Source: Balamuthia mandrillaris (taxonomy: Eukaryota). From it: a DNA stretch of 64,000 nt. The DNA is taken from NCBI GenBank assembly GCA_031835245.2, contig JAVKOQ020000003.1:62001-126000 (forward strand). The letters are read 5' to 3'. Made by a program: the position numbers and the translations under genes. Position 1 is the stretch's first letter. The number at the start of each line of letters is the position of its first letter. Positions 26,440 to 39,289 of this stretch are shown in pieces. The notes beneath the pieces are model-generated. The model had not been told where the DNA came from. It saw only the letters and a list, made by a program, of their open reading frames with translations, and made no database searches.

Positions 26440-29400
26440 TCACCGTTTGACCAACGACAAGGGAACCGAGTTGAGGTGTTGCAAACAGCTGCAACCGCAG
26501 CCAGAGGGACAGACGCTGCGAGAGGTGAACCAGTCCTTCATATGCTGGATGTGCCCGCCGTGGCCACAAATAGTGCAGAAGGTGCTGAGTCCTTTCACGC
26601 CGATGTGGCAAATGACGCAACGAAAAGCGCTCCCGCTGCCACATTCCAAACATGAGGATGTAATGTTGTGGTTTGTGTCTTTCGTTGGTTCGCAGTTATG
26701 ACAATAGATTCCCAACACTGTTGTTATGAAGGAGAGGTTAGGAAAGCAAAAAAGGAGAAACAAAGAAAGGGCGTACAAATGGATAGGTCTTTGGTGTCGG
26801 GCGTATCCACAAACTTCAACACTTCCGCTTGCTTATCCAACCTGCCCCATCTGTACAAGATATCGGCATACAGTTTCCTATGAACGTCATAAAAGAATGA
26901 ATAAGTATAGGCACCAGGGAGGAGCAAAGCAAAGCAAATAATACCGGTAGTGATTATAAATAGGGGTCTTGGTCGGATCCAAAAGTGAAATATTGTCTTC
27001 CTTATACGTATAACTCAATGGTGAGGTTTGATGGTTGAGCTCAACAGCATGATGCTGACTAGAATACGAATAACTTCCTCTTCTGTGTTCTCCGTCCAAA
27101 GCTCCGCCTCCTCTTTCTCCTATGACAGCAGCAACAGCAGCCGCTGGAAGTGAAGCACGGCGAAGGTGGTGCGCTTTCCATGATTGTCCTCCTCCTCCTT
27201 CCGAACTATGCAGATGTTGATGATGTTGTTGTTGGTGGAGAGAGACACCTTCTGTGCTTTTACGTAAATCTCTGGCAGAGGAAGAAGAGGCAGAAGCAGA
27301 AGAAGAAGGAATGGTCAAAGAAGCAGAAGGAGTAGGAGAGCGCCCGAAAGTGGCGGACTGACCAAGATATTGATCTTCCAGAGGATAAAGTTGAGATTGG
27401 GACATTGCTCTTCTCATGCGAGAACCTTCCGCCACGGAGTGATCCCCCAAAACAACAGCATCATCAAAGGAAGGAGAGACAGTGCGGTGATAAGTGGATG
27501 ATGGGATGGAAGAGGCAGACGCTACAGCAGAGGGAGAAGACGCAAGCGAGGAAGAAGCAGAAGAAAGAGAAGTGGAGGAAGGGGGTGGCGGAGAAAGGCC
27601 CTCCAATTCAGAGGGAGATGAGGACAATAAATAAGAACCAGCTTCTTGGGTGTTGGCTGATCCGATATGATGATTGGGATAGTGTTGGTGTTGTCGAGTT
27701 GTCGTTGCTGTTGCCGAAGATGTCATAAGGCGATTTTGAGATATAATGCGCGGAGGGGGAGAGGACGACAGAGAGGCAGACCGACTGTGATTGTGTCGAT
27801 TATTAACATATCCATGTTCTTGAGGATGGGTGGATGAATTGTTGTTGTAGCGTGGACTGAGAATAGGAGTGGTACGAGGTGGCGAAGATAGCGGAGGAAA
27901 GAGCGTGAACGTAGCTCCCACATTGGTGTTGCCGTTAACGTTTTGCATCAAAGAGACGTTGTTTGCAGAGTTGGAAGTCGAGGTGGAAGGAGAGGGATGT
28001 TTGGATTGAGTTGAAGTCAAACGATTGCCTCTATCCAAAAGGGAGCGAAGTGAGCTCTTTCTTGATTCTTTCTCTTTCTCCTTTTCTTTCTCTTTACTCT
28101 TTTTGATGTTGTTTTCATCTAATGCAGCAATTGCGGTGTTGGAAGCCACAACATTAGAAGCAGAAGCAGATGAATCCATAACTCCAATGGAGCTGCCAGT
28201 CAAATGGTTCATCATTTGAAGACCTGAATTGCCGATTGCCATAGGAAGCCGTTTGATGGAAGAAGTTCGTTTAGAAGAGGACAAAGAACTATCTTGTAAT
28301 TGTTGTTGTTGAAGTTGCCATTGTTGGTGCTGCAGCTGTTGTTGGTGTTGCCATTGCATCAACTTTTTGTCTTTAGCAGTGAGATAATAGTTGGAGGAAG
28401 AGAAAGATAAAATGCAAGACATTAGAGCCAAAGTTTGAATATCTCCCATCCGTAAGCAGAAAGTTATGGAAAAGCAATTTAACAGTAGATATGAGAGAGA
28501 CGAGACAGGAATAAGGAAAACCGTGTCACTAGACAAAGAAAAAAGGATATTCTCATAGTGTCGGAAGAAAGAATCCAACAATGGACGAGCAAACGGATGA
28601 TGAGACCACGGATCCGTTTCAGAAAGAACATCCGCAGGATCCTCAACACATGATGAAGAGGCGCCACCCATCATCGCGTTGAGAGCTAATACAGCGCGAG
28701 ACTTAGTGGAAAAAGGAGGAAGAGCTTTCATTGTCCGAGGAAAGAGTTTGGGATGCATCATGTGACCTATGAGCGACCACAATTGAACTAGGTCCTCGCG
28801 ACCTACTTTCTTGGCAGCTCTTGCGTTCCGTGAACATATGGAAGGGGCTGAACTTCCCGATAACCTGTTTTTGTTTTACCACAAAAGAGATAAGAATGAA
28901 GGAAAAGAGTGAAGAAAGATGAATGAAGAAAGAAGAAAGAATGGAGGATGGGAACGAAAAAACGAACGTGTAGAGGCCACCAAGCGTTTCACTGATTGGT
29001 AGGAACTGAGAAATCCGATGAACGCGAATAGTGTTAAGCCGAGGCATATCCAACGACGCTGGGTTTGGATTTTTATTTCTCAAATCCTGGAAAAAGAGGA
29101 ATGTTAAAAACAGGAACACAACAGTTTTATGAAGAAGGCAGAAAAAAGAAGAAAAACAAAGAACAAGAAAACAGAAGAGAAAATAAGCAGAACAACAACC
29201 AACAGTCTGTTATGATACGGGTACCATTTTAATGGGTAAGAGGTCGACTACTTCTTCATAGAAATAGAGCTTGGTAATCTCCACAAGCCCGTTTTCCTCT
29301 TTATCCTTTCGTTTGTTTTCCATATCACGACTTCGGAGAACTTCTAATCGTTTCTTGAGATCCGCATAAGTTCGCGGAGCAGTAGTGGTTGAGGAAGATG

Positions 29401-30652
29401 AACTGGAAAATGAGGAAGAACTAAGAGAAGCAGTAAGAGCCGAAGTAAGAGCAGAAGAAGTAGCAGAGACCATAGAAGAGCTAGAAGGATTGGAAGTTGA
29501 AAGGGTCGCAACAGAAGGAGAAGAGGCGGCAGAGGAAGAAGACTCTTCTTCGTCATCCTCATCGAAATCAGAGGCGGAGTTGCTATCGTTGGCAAGGTGC
29601 TTGTAGCCGTTGAGGTTGCGGGGTGTTAGTCGTAGAGCAGAATTAGTTTTCACCAAAGGAGAGAACAGCAAGTGGCTGGCTGAGAACGAAATAAGGGTAT
29701 CTTTTTGAAGGAAAACGGTTCGACAAAAAAAAAATAAATTTAACAATAACAGCAACGAGAAACGCAACGAAAAGACGAGAGAATACCATTTCCAAAGACA
29801 GCACCACAAAGGCGAGGGCAAGGCATAGCATTTTCTTGAGCAGTTATAATCATTTCCTGCGTGTTGGGAGAGAAGGAAGGAGAAAGCTGTAACGAGGAGG
29901 GCGAGAAGGAACGTGTCCGCAAAGAAGACGGCACAGAAGAAGAGATAAAAGGACTCTCTTGCATGGAGTCTTGGCTTTTGTTACTGGACTGAAGGTCCAA
30001 CTCCCTCTGCATTGTGTGCACAAGTTGGTAAAGACACTCCTCCAAACAAGGTTTGCTCAGGTTGACATAGAATTCTGCCGTTCGTGAAACCTCTTCCTTC
30101 AACTTGGCACGAACGCGATGTGGGATAGAGAGACTAGGATAAAGGTGGAAGGAAGGTGGCGCGCTGTGAGGATAGGCTGAGGGAAAAGTGATTCGCACTT
30201 GTTGAACATAGTTGTTGACAGTGACGATGGCCTCGCACATACTGTCCCTCACGTTGATGTTCTCTAGCGTGACGTGCTCGATTGGTGATTTCTGGACGGT
30301 GGCAAACTCGTGTGCGAGACCTGCCCAGCATCGCATTTGACTGCGCCTGAGAGCCTCGGAACGGGGAGAAGGACTCTTGCTGCCGATGGTGTGAAGAAGA
30401 CCTGGAGAGGCGCGCGAGGGGGACGGTGAGGGAATTGGTATGCCTTGTTTTTTTGCCTCAAAGGTACATGCCTAAAGCGAGGGACGGAGTAAGACAATGA
30501 GCATTGATTTAAAAAGTAATAAAAATGAAGAGAGCATACAGTTATATCGGCTTCATCCACTTTCCACAGTTTCATGTTTTGGTCGTTGGACCATGACACC
30601 AATTGAAAGTTTCTATCCTCTGTACAATCATTTGAATAAAAAAAGTTAGAGT

Positions 30653-30686
<34 letters not shown>

Positions 30687-31102
30687 CAACAACAAACCAG
30701 GTGGACCAACGATTCTCCAATCGAAAGCAGTGACAACATCGTTGTGCCCTGCAAAGGAGTGTACAATCTCAGCGTTGGCCAAGCTCCACATGTTTAAAGC
30801 ATGATCATCACGTATGGCCGTTGTGACAATACCATCGCCAAATGGCTAACATCAGAGGAAGTCAAAAAAAACAGCTAAGTGAAGAGAGAGAGGAGAGAGA
30901 GGCAATGGAACGAGAAGGATACGATACCGCAAAACGAGCTCTGGTGACTGGAGTTGTTACTCTGATGGTATGGATTGGTTGACGAGGAGAGGATGTGTCC
31001 CACACCTTTTTATCAAAGGTTAGATGAGAAATTTTTAGCATTGCAAAGATTGGACCAGAATAATAGCTGGGGAGAGCATGATCGAATCGGAGGAGGAAAG
31101 GA

Positions 31103-31144
<42 letters not shown>

Positions 31145-32204
31145 ATTATATAGACAAAAACTAACTTTAACTTGAAGGTCTTGGCTAGCAGTAAGAAGAT
31201 GGTTTTCGTGGATGTAGCTCCAGTCAAGACATTTAATTTTAGACATATGTGCAGTTATGAAGTTCAGTGGAGCTCTTTCTTTCTGTAATAAAAAGTTAAC
31301 GCGATGCCTCAAACGAAAAACACAACAGCGAAAGGGGACACATACGCGAACATCCCAAATCCGAACTTCGTTGTCGCTCGCAGTCGCTAAGACATGAGTG
31401 GAATTACGATTCCATTTTACTTGAGTTACACCAGCTAAAATATACAAATAAACCAAAGGGTTAAGCCAAAAAGAATTAAGACAGAAAATTGTTGATGTAA
31501 GTACACTGTACCTCTCGGACGTAAACTTTGCACTCGGTGCGCCTTCTTTGGGATACGAGTGTCCCACAAATGTACATTGCTGTCAGCGGAGCAAGTGGCC
31601 AAAAGATTTGGGTCGTGAAAATTCCAGGACAGGTCCAATACAGGTCTGTCGTGAGACTTAAACGTGGCCTGAAGGGCAAACCTTCTATCATCCAAGTTCC
31701 AAATCAGAGTGTTTGTGTTTGCCTTTTTTTTTCTAGTGTTATCATATGCGAACGTGGAAACAAGGGAGCGAGAAGAAAACGAGGAATAGGGAAGAATTAC
31801 TGTAGACGCAAAGTAACTGGCATGCGATTGATGAGGATTCCACAAGACTAGACCTACTTCCCATCGGCTTTGCTGGGGTAACGTCTTCACAGGCTCCCAT
31901 GGCTCATCCAAGTTCACAATATATAACGTCTTCTTGCTGCAAACGAGAGACGAATGAGAAAAAGCGAGAATAATAGAGTACCAAATTACAGAGAGAACAA
32001 AAGAGAGGAAAAAAGAGAGGAAGAGGAAGAGGAAGAGGAAGAGGAAGAGGAAGAGGAAGAGGAAGAGGAAGAGGAAGAGGAAGAGGAAGAGGAAGAGGAA
32101 GAGGAAGAGGAAGAGGAAGAGGAAGAGGAAGAGGAAGAGGAAGAGGAAGAGGAAGAGGAAGAGGAAGAGGAAGAGGAGGAAGAAGGAAGAGGAAGAGGAA
32201 GAGA

Positions 32205-32236
<32 letters not shown>

Positions 32237-32369
32237 CAAACCCTCCTAAAACAGCAAATGCGCCGACTGCGTCCACGGCGATATCATTGATAGGGGCTTT
32301 GAAACAAACAGACAGATCCACGTCTGAGGTGGAGTCTGTCGGTCCTCCTTTGGCAAAAAGGTCCTCCAT
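26440..32369 (-). CDS. WDR59: GATOR2/SEACAT subunit WDR59 (Sea3): WD40 + RWD + C-terminal RING-like zinc finger
   Basis: WD40 exons (QVKWNRNSTHVLAT, TAHMSKIKCLDWS, FQLVSWSNDQNMKLW), RWD (RITFPSAYPHSAPPSF), PCPRLCGAVF, PWSHHPFARPLL, DIQTLALM, YADILYRWG, CVICHIGVKG...CGHGGH...CPSGCGCSC. Confidence 0.95.
28452..28550 (-). other. U12-type AT-AC intron in WDR59
   Basis: Minus strand: 5' ATATCCTTTT, branch-like TCCATAAC, 3' AC. Splicing gives RHYER MGDIQTLA, the spacing expected for WDR59. Confidence 0.9.
32010..32200. repeat. (GAGGAA)n microsatellite in WDR59 intron 1
   Basis: Directly visible hexamer array. Confidence 0.95.
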
Positions 32370-33092
32370 AATTGTTCTCTTCTACAGCGCTCTGTCTTTC
32401 TTCTTCTGTTTTTTTTTTTTTCAAGACTGACTTTGAAAAAATTTCTTAGTATTCACTAACTACTGGAAAAAAAAGAATGAGACTTGAACGAAGAAGAGGA
32501 AAGAGAAGGAACGTACTGAGCTTTGCTCTACGTTTGTTTTTCCTGTTTTTTTTGCAGAGATAACACTTCAGCGCGATCCAAACGAACGTTTTTCAGAAGT
32601 GAATCAACGCAAGGTAACAGTTCATCTTTTTTTCTCTCTCTCTATCGCCCTTTGCCTTTTTGTCTTAGCCCCCCCTTTTGTTTATTTTTTTTTTGGTTCT
32701 CTTCCCCCCTCGAGCTCTCTTGTCCCCTGTTTGTGCCCTCAAATTTTTAAATAAAAAAAAATAGCTGTGAGGTTCTTGTCATCTTTGTTGTGCTGCTTTG
32801 CTTACCTTTTTATTTTTCTTCGCGGTGCGCTCTCTCTTCTCCGCGCCCTGTTCCTTCCCTCTCTCTAAGTTAATAAATAAAGTAAAGGGAGTGGTTTAAA
32901 ATCAATCATACTCTGGAGGAAACGAAAAAACAAAAAAATAATATACCACACAGACACAAAAGGGGGGGAAGAAAAACACAAAAAACGAAACCAAAGTCAA
33001 CAACGCCCCACCCAATACAACACACAACAACGAACCTTCTTCCTTTTGCTTCTCCCCTCCTCTTGCTTGTCGCAGCAAAAAACAACTCCCTT

Positions 33093-33225
33093 TTTTTTTG
33101 TAATTTTTACAACTTTTGTAACTTTTTATCTTTTTTGTCGACGGTTTATCAACAATATGATTTTTTTTGTGATTTTTACAACTTTTAAACCTTTTTATCT
33201 TTTTTGCCGACGACTTATCGACAAT
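33093..33225. repeat. Degenerate two-copy ~69-bp tandem repeat in the WDR59/ERG2 divergent intergenic region
   Basis: ttttgtaatttttacaacttttgtaactttttatcttttttgtcgacggtttatcaacaat versus ttttgtgatttttacaacttttaaacctttttatcttttttgccgacgacttatcgacaat. Confidence 0.8.
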
Positions 33226-33669
33226 CTCTGAATCTCGTTTTGCACACCATGTTCTTCCCTGTAGGAAACAGCTCGGCTCGCCAAAAGTGCACGAAAAAGA
33301 TGCTGTGTGGCGTGCTGTCTCCCGCCTCTCTGTCCTGTTGGCAGCGAGATCCACTATCTCTCCACCCAAAATCTCACACCTGAGGTCCAAGAATCCTCCT
33401 TAACCTTCGCTTTTGTCAGGCTAGGCAAAGACACACGAGGTCATCATACCAACGGCGGAAAACTTTGCCTCACCTTCGACATGTAGACAGTTTTCCATTG
33501 TTGGCATGACACAGCAGCAGTGGCCAAGTGAGCTCAAAGAGAGGAAGAGGGAGGGTCAACATCAAGCCGGTTGGTTTTCGGTGCAGAAGGGGTTTTTTTG
33601 TTGTGTCGTCATGGGGATCGAGTTCCTGTGGTCGCATTCCATTTGTAGGTGTGCAGACAGAGAAAGAAA

Positions 33670-34651
33670 ATGGCGAAAAGGGCTGGAGGAAGCGCTGCGA
33701 AGAACCACACACCGTCGCAAAAGAACAAGAAGAGCACAAACCCGAAAGAAAACAATCGCTCTTCCAAGACGGCCAAAAAGGGACGCCTGGCCTTGGTTGT
33801 TGTTGTCTCCATCGCAGTGTTCGCTGTTGTGGCCAAGCTCGTGTTGGAGCACCATGCCAGTAAACCTCTGTTCGACGATGAGGTGCTGCACCGTCTCGCC
33901 AAACGAAGGCTCTCTGGCGTTTCGGGAGAAGAGAGATGGAATACTGACCTTGGAGGACATGTTTACCAACGTTACCAGAGCGTTACAGCAGGAATACCCT
34001 GACCACATATTCGCTGGTTCCTATCCTTTCTGCTTGTTTCGCTCGTCTTACTGTGACTTATTTCTTTCTACATATTAGATAATGAGTGGGTGTTCAACTG
34101 TGCTGGTGGCTTCAAGACTGGCATGCTAATACTGCACGCCTCGCTGACTGGTATTCTTTAACGCTCTCTCTCTCTCTCTCTCTCTCTCAGTCTCTCTCTG
34201 TCTCTTGTTCTGTCTCTAGCTCAAAGAGTTGGCTTCCTCCTCTGGCTCTTCACCCTTTCTCACCTCTTTGTTTTCCTTCTATGTTTTCATAGAGTATGTG
34301 ATCTTTTGGGGGAGTGCTGTGCATACAGTGGGGATGTCAGGTCGCCACGCTGGCGAGTTTCATGACTTTTTGATGACAGGCAGCTTTGGTCAATGGAAGG
34401 AAGGCACCGTCCACAAGAAGCTTTACCAACCAGGGGACCATGTCTACCACGGTCGCTGGAGGGGAAGCGTGGTGGAGCTCGCCGAGGACACATGGATGTT
34501 GGAGCACATGGTAGGCATTATCCCTTGGAGCCTGCCCTTTGGCCTTGCCGACTCCGTGCTCAGCAATCAAGACTTCATCACCGTTGGCTCCTCGCTTTGG
34601 ACTTACGCCCGGCTGGTCGGGTATGAACTCCTCCTCCAAGGCAAAATATGA
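33670..34651 (+). CDS. ERG2: ERG2/sigma-1 receptor family (C-8 sterol isomerase-like), 3 exons
   Basis: N-terminal TM. Spliced EWVFNCAGGFKTGMLILHASLTEYVIFWGSAVHTVGMSGRH, TWMLEHMVGIIPWSLPFGLADS. Confidence 0.9.
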
Positions 34652-34837
34652 ATGGAGTGAACAGATTGCATAACGAGATCCCATTTGTTCATGTCGACAT
34701 GGTCAAATTCGTGGAATTTCGGAAGGAATTGTCCACAAAAAATAATCACCTTAAAAATTTATTTTATTTTTTTCTCAATCGAAAAAAAAAAATAATAAAA
34801 AGAAGAAAGAAGAAGAAAAACGTAAAGCAACAGCAAC

Positions 34838-35216
34838 ATGGGCAAATCCAAGAAGGACTTGAAGCGACAAAAGCAGAGGACGGACCGCGAACAGGGCATC
34901 ACGGCTCCAGAGAAGAAACCACCCATGACGGAAGCTGCTTGGTATCTATCTGTATTTTGTGTGGGGTGCGGCAAGAGGTGTGTTGTGTGATGCAGTGTGG
35001 TGTTATGTCCCCCTGGCTACAGTTTTCTTCTTGTTTTGTTTTTTGTTCTCACTCACTCCTTTTTTTGTTTTTTCTGAATGGTTGGTTTGTAGTACGCTTT
35101 GTAAAAAGTCACTCCGGACAACAAAGAGGAACGTGGAGCTGTTCACTCACGTCCAGACGTACCACTCTGGCTCCACCGTGGAGGCCTGCTTCCCTGGACA
35201 AAAGTACATCCCCTAA
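34838..35216 (+). CDS. Small basic C2H2-type zinc finger protein (ZNF706/4F5-like), 2 exons
   Basis: MGKSKKDLKRQKQR...EAAC|TLCKKSLRTTKRNVELFTHVQTYHSG...ACFP; GT-AG intron 34942-35092. Confidence 0.7.
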
Positions 35217-35332
35217 AACTTTAAAAACAAAAACACAACAGATCATAATCTTTTGCAGTTTATTATTCTTTATGTACAGTAAAACTTCGCCTTGTGTTGT
35301 TGTTTTCGCTGAGCTTGCCTCGTTCCTTATCA

Positions 35333-36277
<945 letters not shown>

Positions 36278-36419
36278 GTTTTGGTTTGGTGCGCGGGTTT
36301 GGGCTCCCAAAGAAAACGAGAGGAAAAGAGAACAAAAGAGAATGGAAGGAACGCTATGAAGCACGAAAGAATACTGAAAACTGGCAGAGAAATAACAAAA
36401 ACTTGGAATTGTCATCTTT

Positions 36420-39038
36420 TCATTGTACTTTGGGAGTTGGCTTGCTCTTCTTCACGTGGCGGTGATGTTTCGTTTGGTGTTGTCGTTGGAGACGAGAATG
36501 GTAGTCCTCCAGTCTTTGGAGGAGATCATCGTGTCGCTTCATTCTCCCGAGAATCTCGGCGTGGCTGTTGCAGAGCTGATGCAACAGGCGATTGTTTTCG
36601 CTCAAATAGTCGCGGTAGGAGAGCTTGGCCACTATCACTGCTATAGCACAAAACACGCAGCAACACTTAAACACAACACAAAAAAAATAAAATAAAAGAT
36701 TTTAAAAAACAAAACTTGGAGAGATAAACAAGCAAAGAAGAGCAGAAAAACAAACCTTTCGCAGGAACCATATGGCAGAGGAAAAGGAAGGGAAGGAGAA
36801 GAGAAAGAACAAAAGGGTTTCGCTGTTCTCCTCCTCAAAACCGCCAAAAGCAGCGAAGATAAACTTTTCCAGAAGAAAATTGAATGGTAATGCTGTATAT
36901 GTGTTAAAGAAAGAAGAAGCACAGAAGAAGCAGAAAAAAAAAATAAATATAGAGGATGTTACCTAAAAATATAAACAGTCTTGCAGCGTTTGTTGCTGGT
37001 GAAGACGTTGCGAGAAAGCCGACGATGGCAAACGATAAGTAATAAGCAATTGCTTTCAAGTCAAAGAATTCTCCTGTTGTTTAAAACAGATAAGAAACAA
37101 GAGAACAAAAGAGGTATATACGAAGGAAACGTCCCCAAAGAGAACCAAAACACAAAGAATAACAAAAGAACAGCAAAGAAGGGAAAGAAAGAAAAAGAGA
37201 GAGCGAGTGAAAGAAACACGTTACCAAGAAGCGAGCGATGAAAGCTGCCTAATCTCTCCACCGTGCTCAAGAGTTCGCCTTGCATGGAGGCGATGCGTCC
37301 GTGTTGCGTTTCTATGTTGAAGAGAGCTGCTTCAGAACGAGAAGAAAGTTCGTTCATGAAGTTGAAAGTGTTGGCGAACGTCGTCTCTTGTTTTTGGATC
37401 ATCTCCAGAAACTGTTCGTTGGCTCTTTCGGAAGCAGAAGCGATACTTGTTAGCTTCTGTTTATCAAACTATGGTCAACATACACAAAACAAACAACAAA
37501 GGCGACAGGTGTTAACCTCTTCAGCATGTCTATAAAGCTGAGCTTGTTCCTCAAAGAAGCGTTGTTGCGTTTCCGCGATCTCCTCTTGGCCATCTTTCAA
37601 CCCTCCAAAACCTTGCTGCAGCGAGTCTTGAGAGCGAAGCAAGTCTCGTTGGTTCTCGAGAGCAAACTTTAGGTCTTGTTTCAGAAAAGTGGAATCTTCT
37701 TTGAGCTGGTTGAGGGCAGCGGCAGTAAGTCGGCTCATTTGTTGTTGCTGCTGTTGGAGATGATATTGTCCTTCTAGCATGTGGTCCTGAGTACGAATCG
37801 ACTGTTCGACTCCAGAATGAATCTTGACTTCACGTTGATAACGTCAGCAAATAAGCCCCACCAACGCTAGCTGAACAGTGATGACAGGAGAGAGGAAAGC
37901 TCGAGGTACCTGACAGAGATTCAAGAAGCTTCATTTCATGGTCAAACAATCGAAAGTTTTCTTTCGTTTGGGAGTGCACCTGCAACAACCCGCTCATCAG
38001 CTCTTCTTGGCCATCCTGTATCTTTTGCTGTGCTGCTGCTGTCTCTTCTCTGCATTCATTCAACGAATAAGAAGAAATTGAAGAGGCTAAGAAGTAAGAA
38101 GACGCAGCCACAGGAACAACAAGAGGAGAGGTACGAACGCTGTTCTCTGGACAGAGGCAGTCATGGAACGAACTTCCTCCAACGCATAAACGGACCGGTG
38201 TGTCGCCTGAGCAAGCACATTCACCGCTTCTTCCGTCCGTTGTTGAAAGTATTCGCTCTGAAGGTAGTAACACACATTCTCCGCATGGAGAAAGAATTCT
38301 GTTTGAAGATATATCAACAAGGAACAAACAATGCAACAAGGAGAGTGATAAAATGTCAACAAACCAGTAAAAGTGTTGAAAGCAATTGGGTCTTTCGTCA
38401 TCGGTGAAGTGCTAACATAGAGAAAAAAATAACCCAGTAAGAGAAGAGGATGAAAAGCAAGACGAACAAGAACGGAGACAGAAAAAACAGAAAGAAAAAG
38501 CGGAGCGTATGATGAAGGACGATGAAGAATAAAGAACCATTCCAAAATAGACATATCAGAGGAACAAAGAAAAGGGTCCATTCCAGATCGCATCAAGTGG
38601 CAGTTGGTCAGAGCAACAGCCAACCTTCCTTTGGTTTCCTCTTTGGATGAAGCCAAGTTAAAAAAGAGCAAGGAAAAAAAAATTAACAAACAACGCTAAC
38701 CAAACGAACCATTCATTCCTCGACATCCTTCATCGAACAACAGAATAGCTTGAGTCCAGCACTTCTCTTTGGCAGCGTTCTCTTGAAGAGACAAATACAT
38801 ATCTGAAAACAAAAACAAACTTTGTTAGAAAAAAATAAATAACAGAGCACCAGCACCCTCGCTTCTGCTCACCGTGACCTTTAGCCACTCGGTCCTCTGC
38901 GCGTTGGTCAAACTGGAAGGGAAGTAGTGACCACAGGTCGTTCCACCCTGGGAAGTAACGCCCCCCTTCGGCGCTCGTGCACGGCTGAGCATTCACCAGA
39001 AAGAAGCATACAAGGAGCCCACCGAAACAGTTATTCAT
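36420..39038 (-). CDS. GEX1: GEX1/KAR5/Brambleberry-family nuclear membrane fusion protein (multi-exon)
   Basis: Signal peptide; Cys-rich domain CWTQA...GCRGMNEETKGRLAVALTNCHLMRSG...C...ECTSPM...AFNTFTEFFLHAENVCYYLQSEYFQQRTEEAVNVL; coiled coils; 2-3 C-terminal TM segments followed by SYRDY. Confidence 0.85.
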
Positions 39039-39289
39039 CTTTGTTGTTTATACTGTGTTTTTTTTGTTGTTGTGGTTGATTTCATGAAAGAGGAGGAAAA
39101 AAACCAACCTGAGCTTACTCCTATTTAAATGCCATGCTATATCATCACGGCAAGCAACCCAAACATTTAAAAAGCTAGCATACATGATTGATACATGTCC
39201 AATTCTTCCTCGTCAATCCAATCTTTCGTTAATCTCACGTCGTCGTGAAAGAGGTTCTTTCGTGTCGTCATAAATAATGACATGACGAC

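Noticed and set aside
30911..30930. GTATCCTT U12-like donor on the minus strand in WDR59
   Set aside because: Using it breaks the frame; the GT five bases upstream restores ARFA|PFGDG.
33230..33660. Complex-sequence intergenic block upstream of ERG2 with short ORFs
   Set aside because: No recognisable domain, RNA motif or consistent splice model; could be UTR or a relic.
34942..35092. GT-rich intron with a weak hairpin and ACA, possible H/ACA snoRNA
   Set aside because: Pairing is mostly G-U, with no clear H box or second hairpin.
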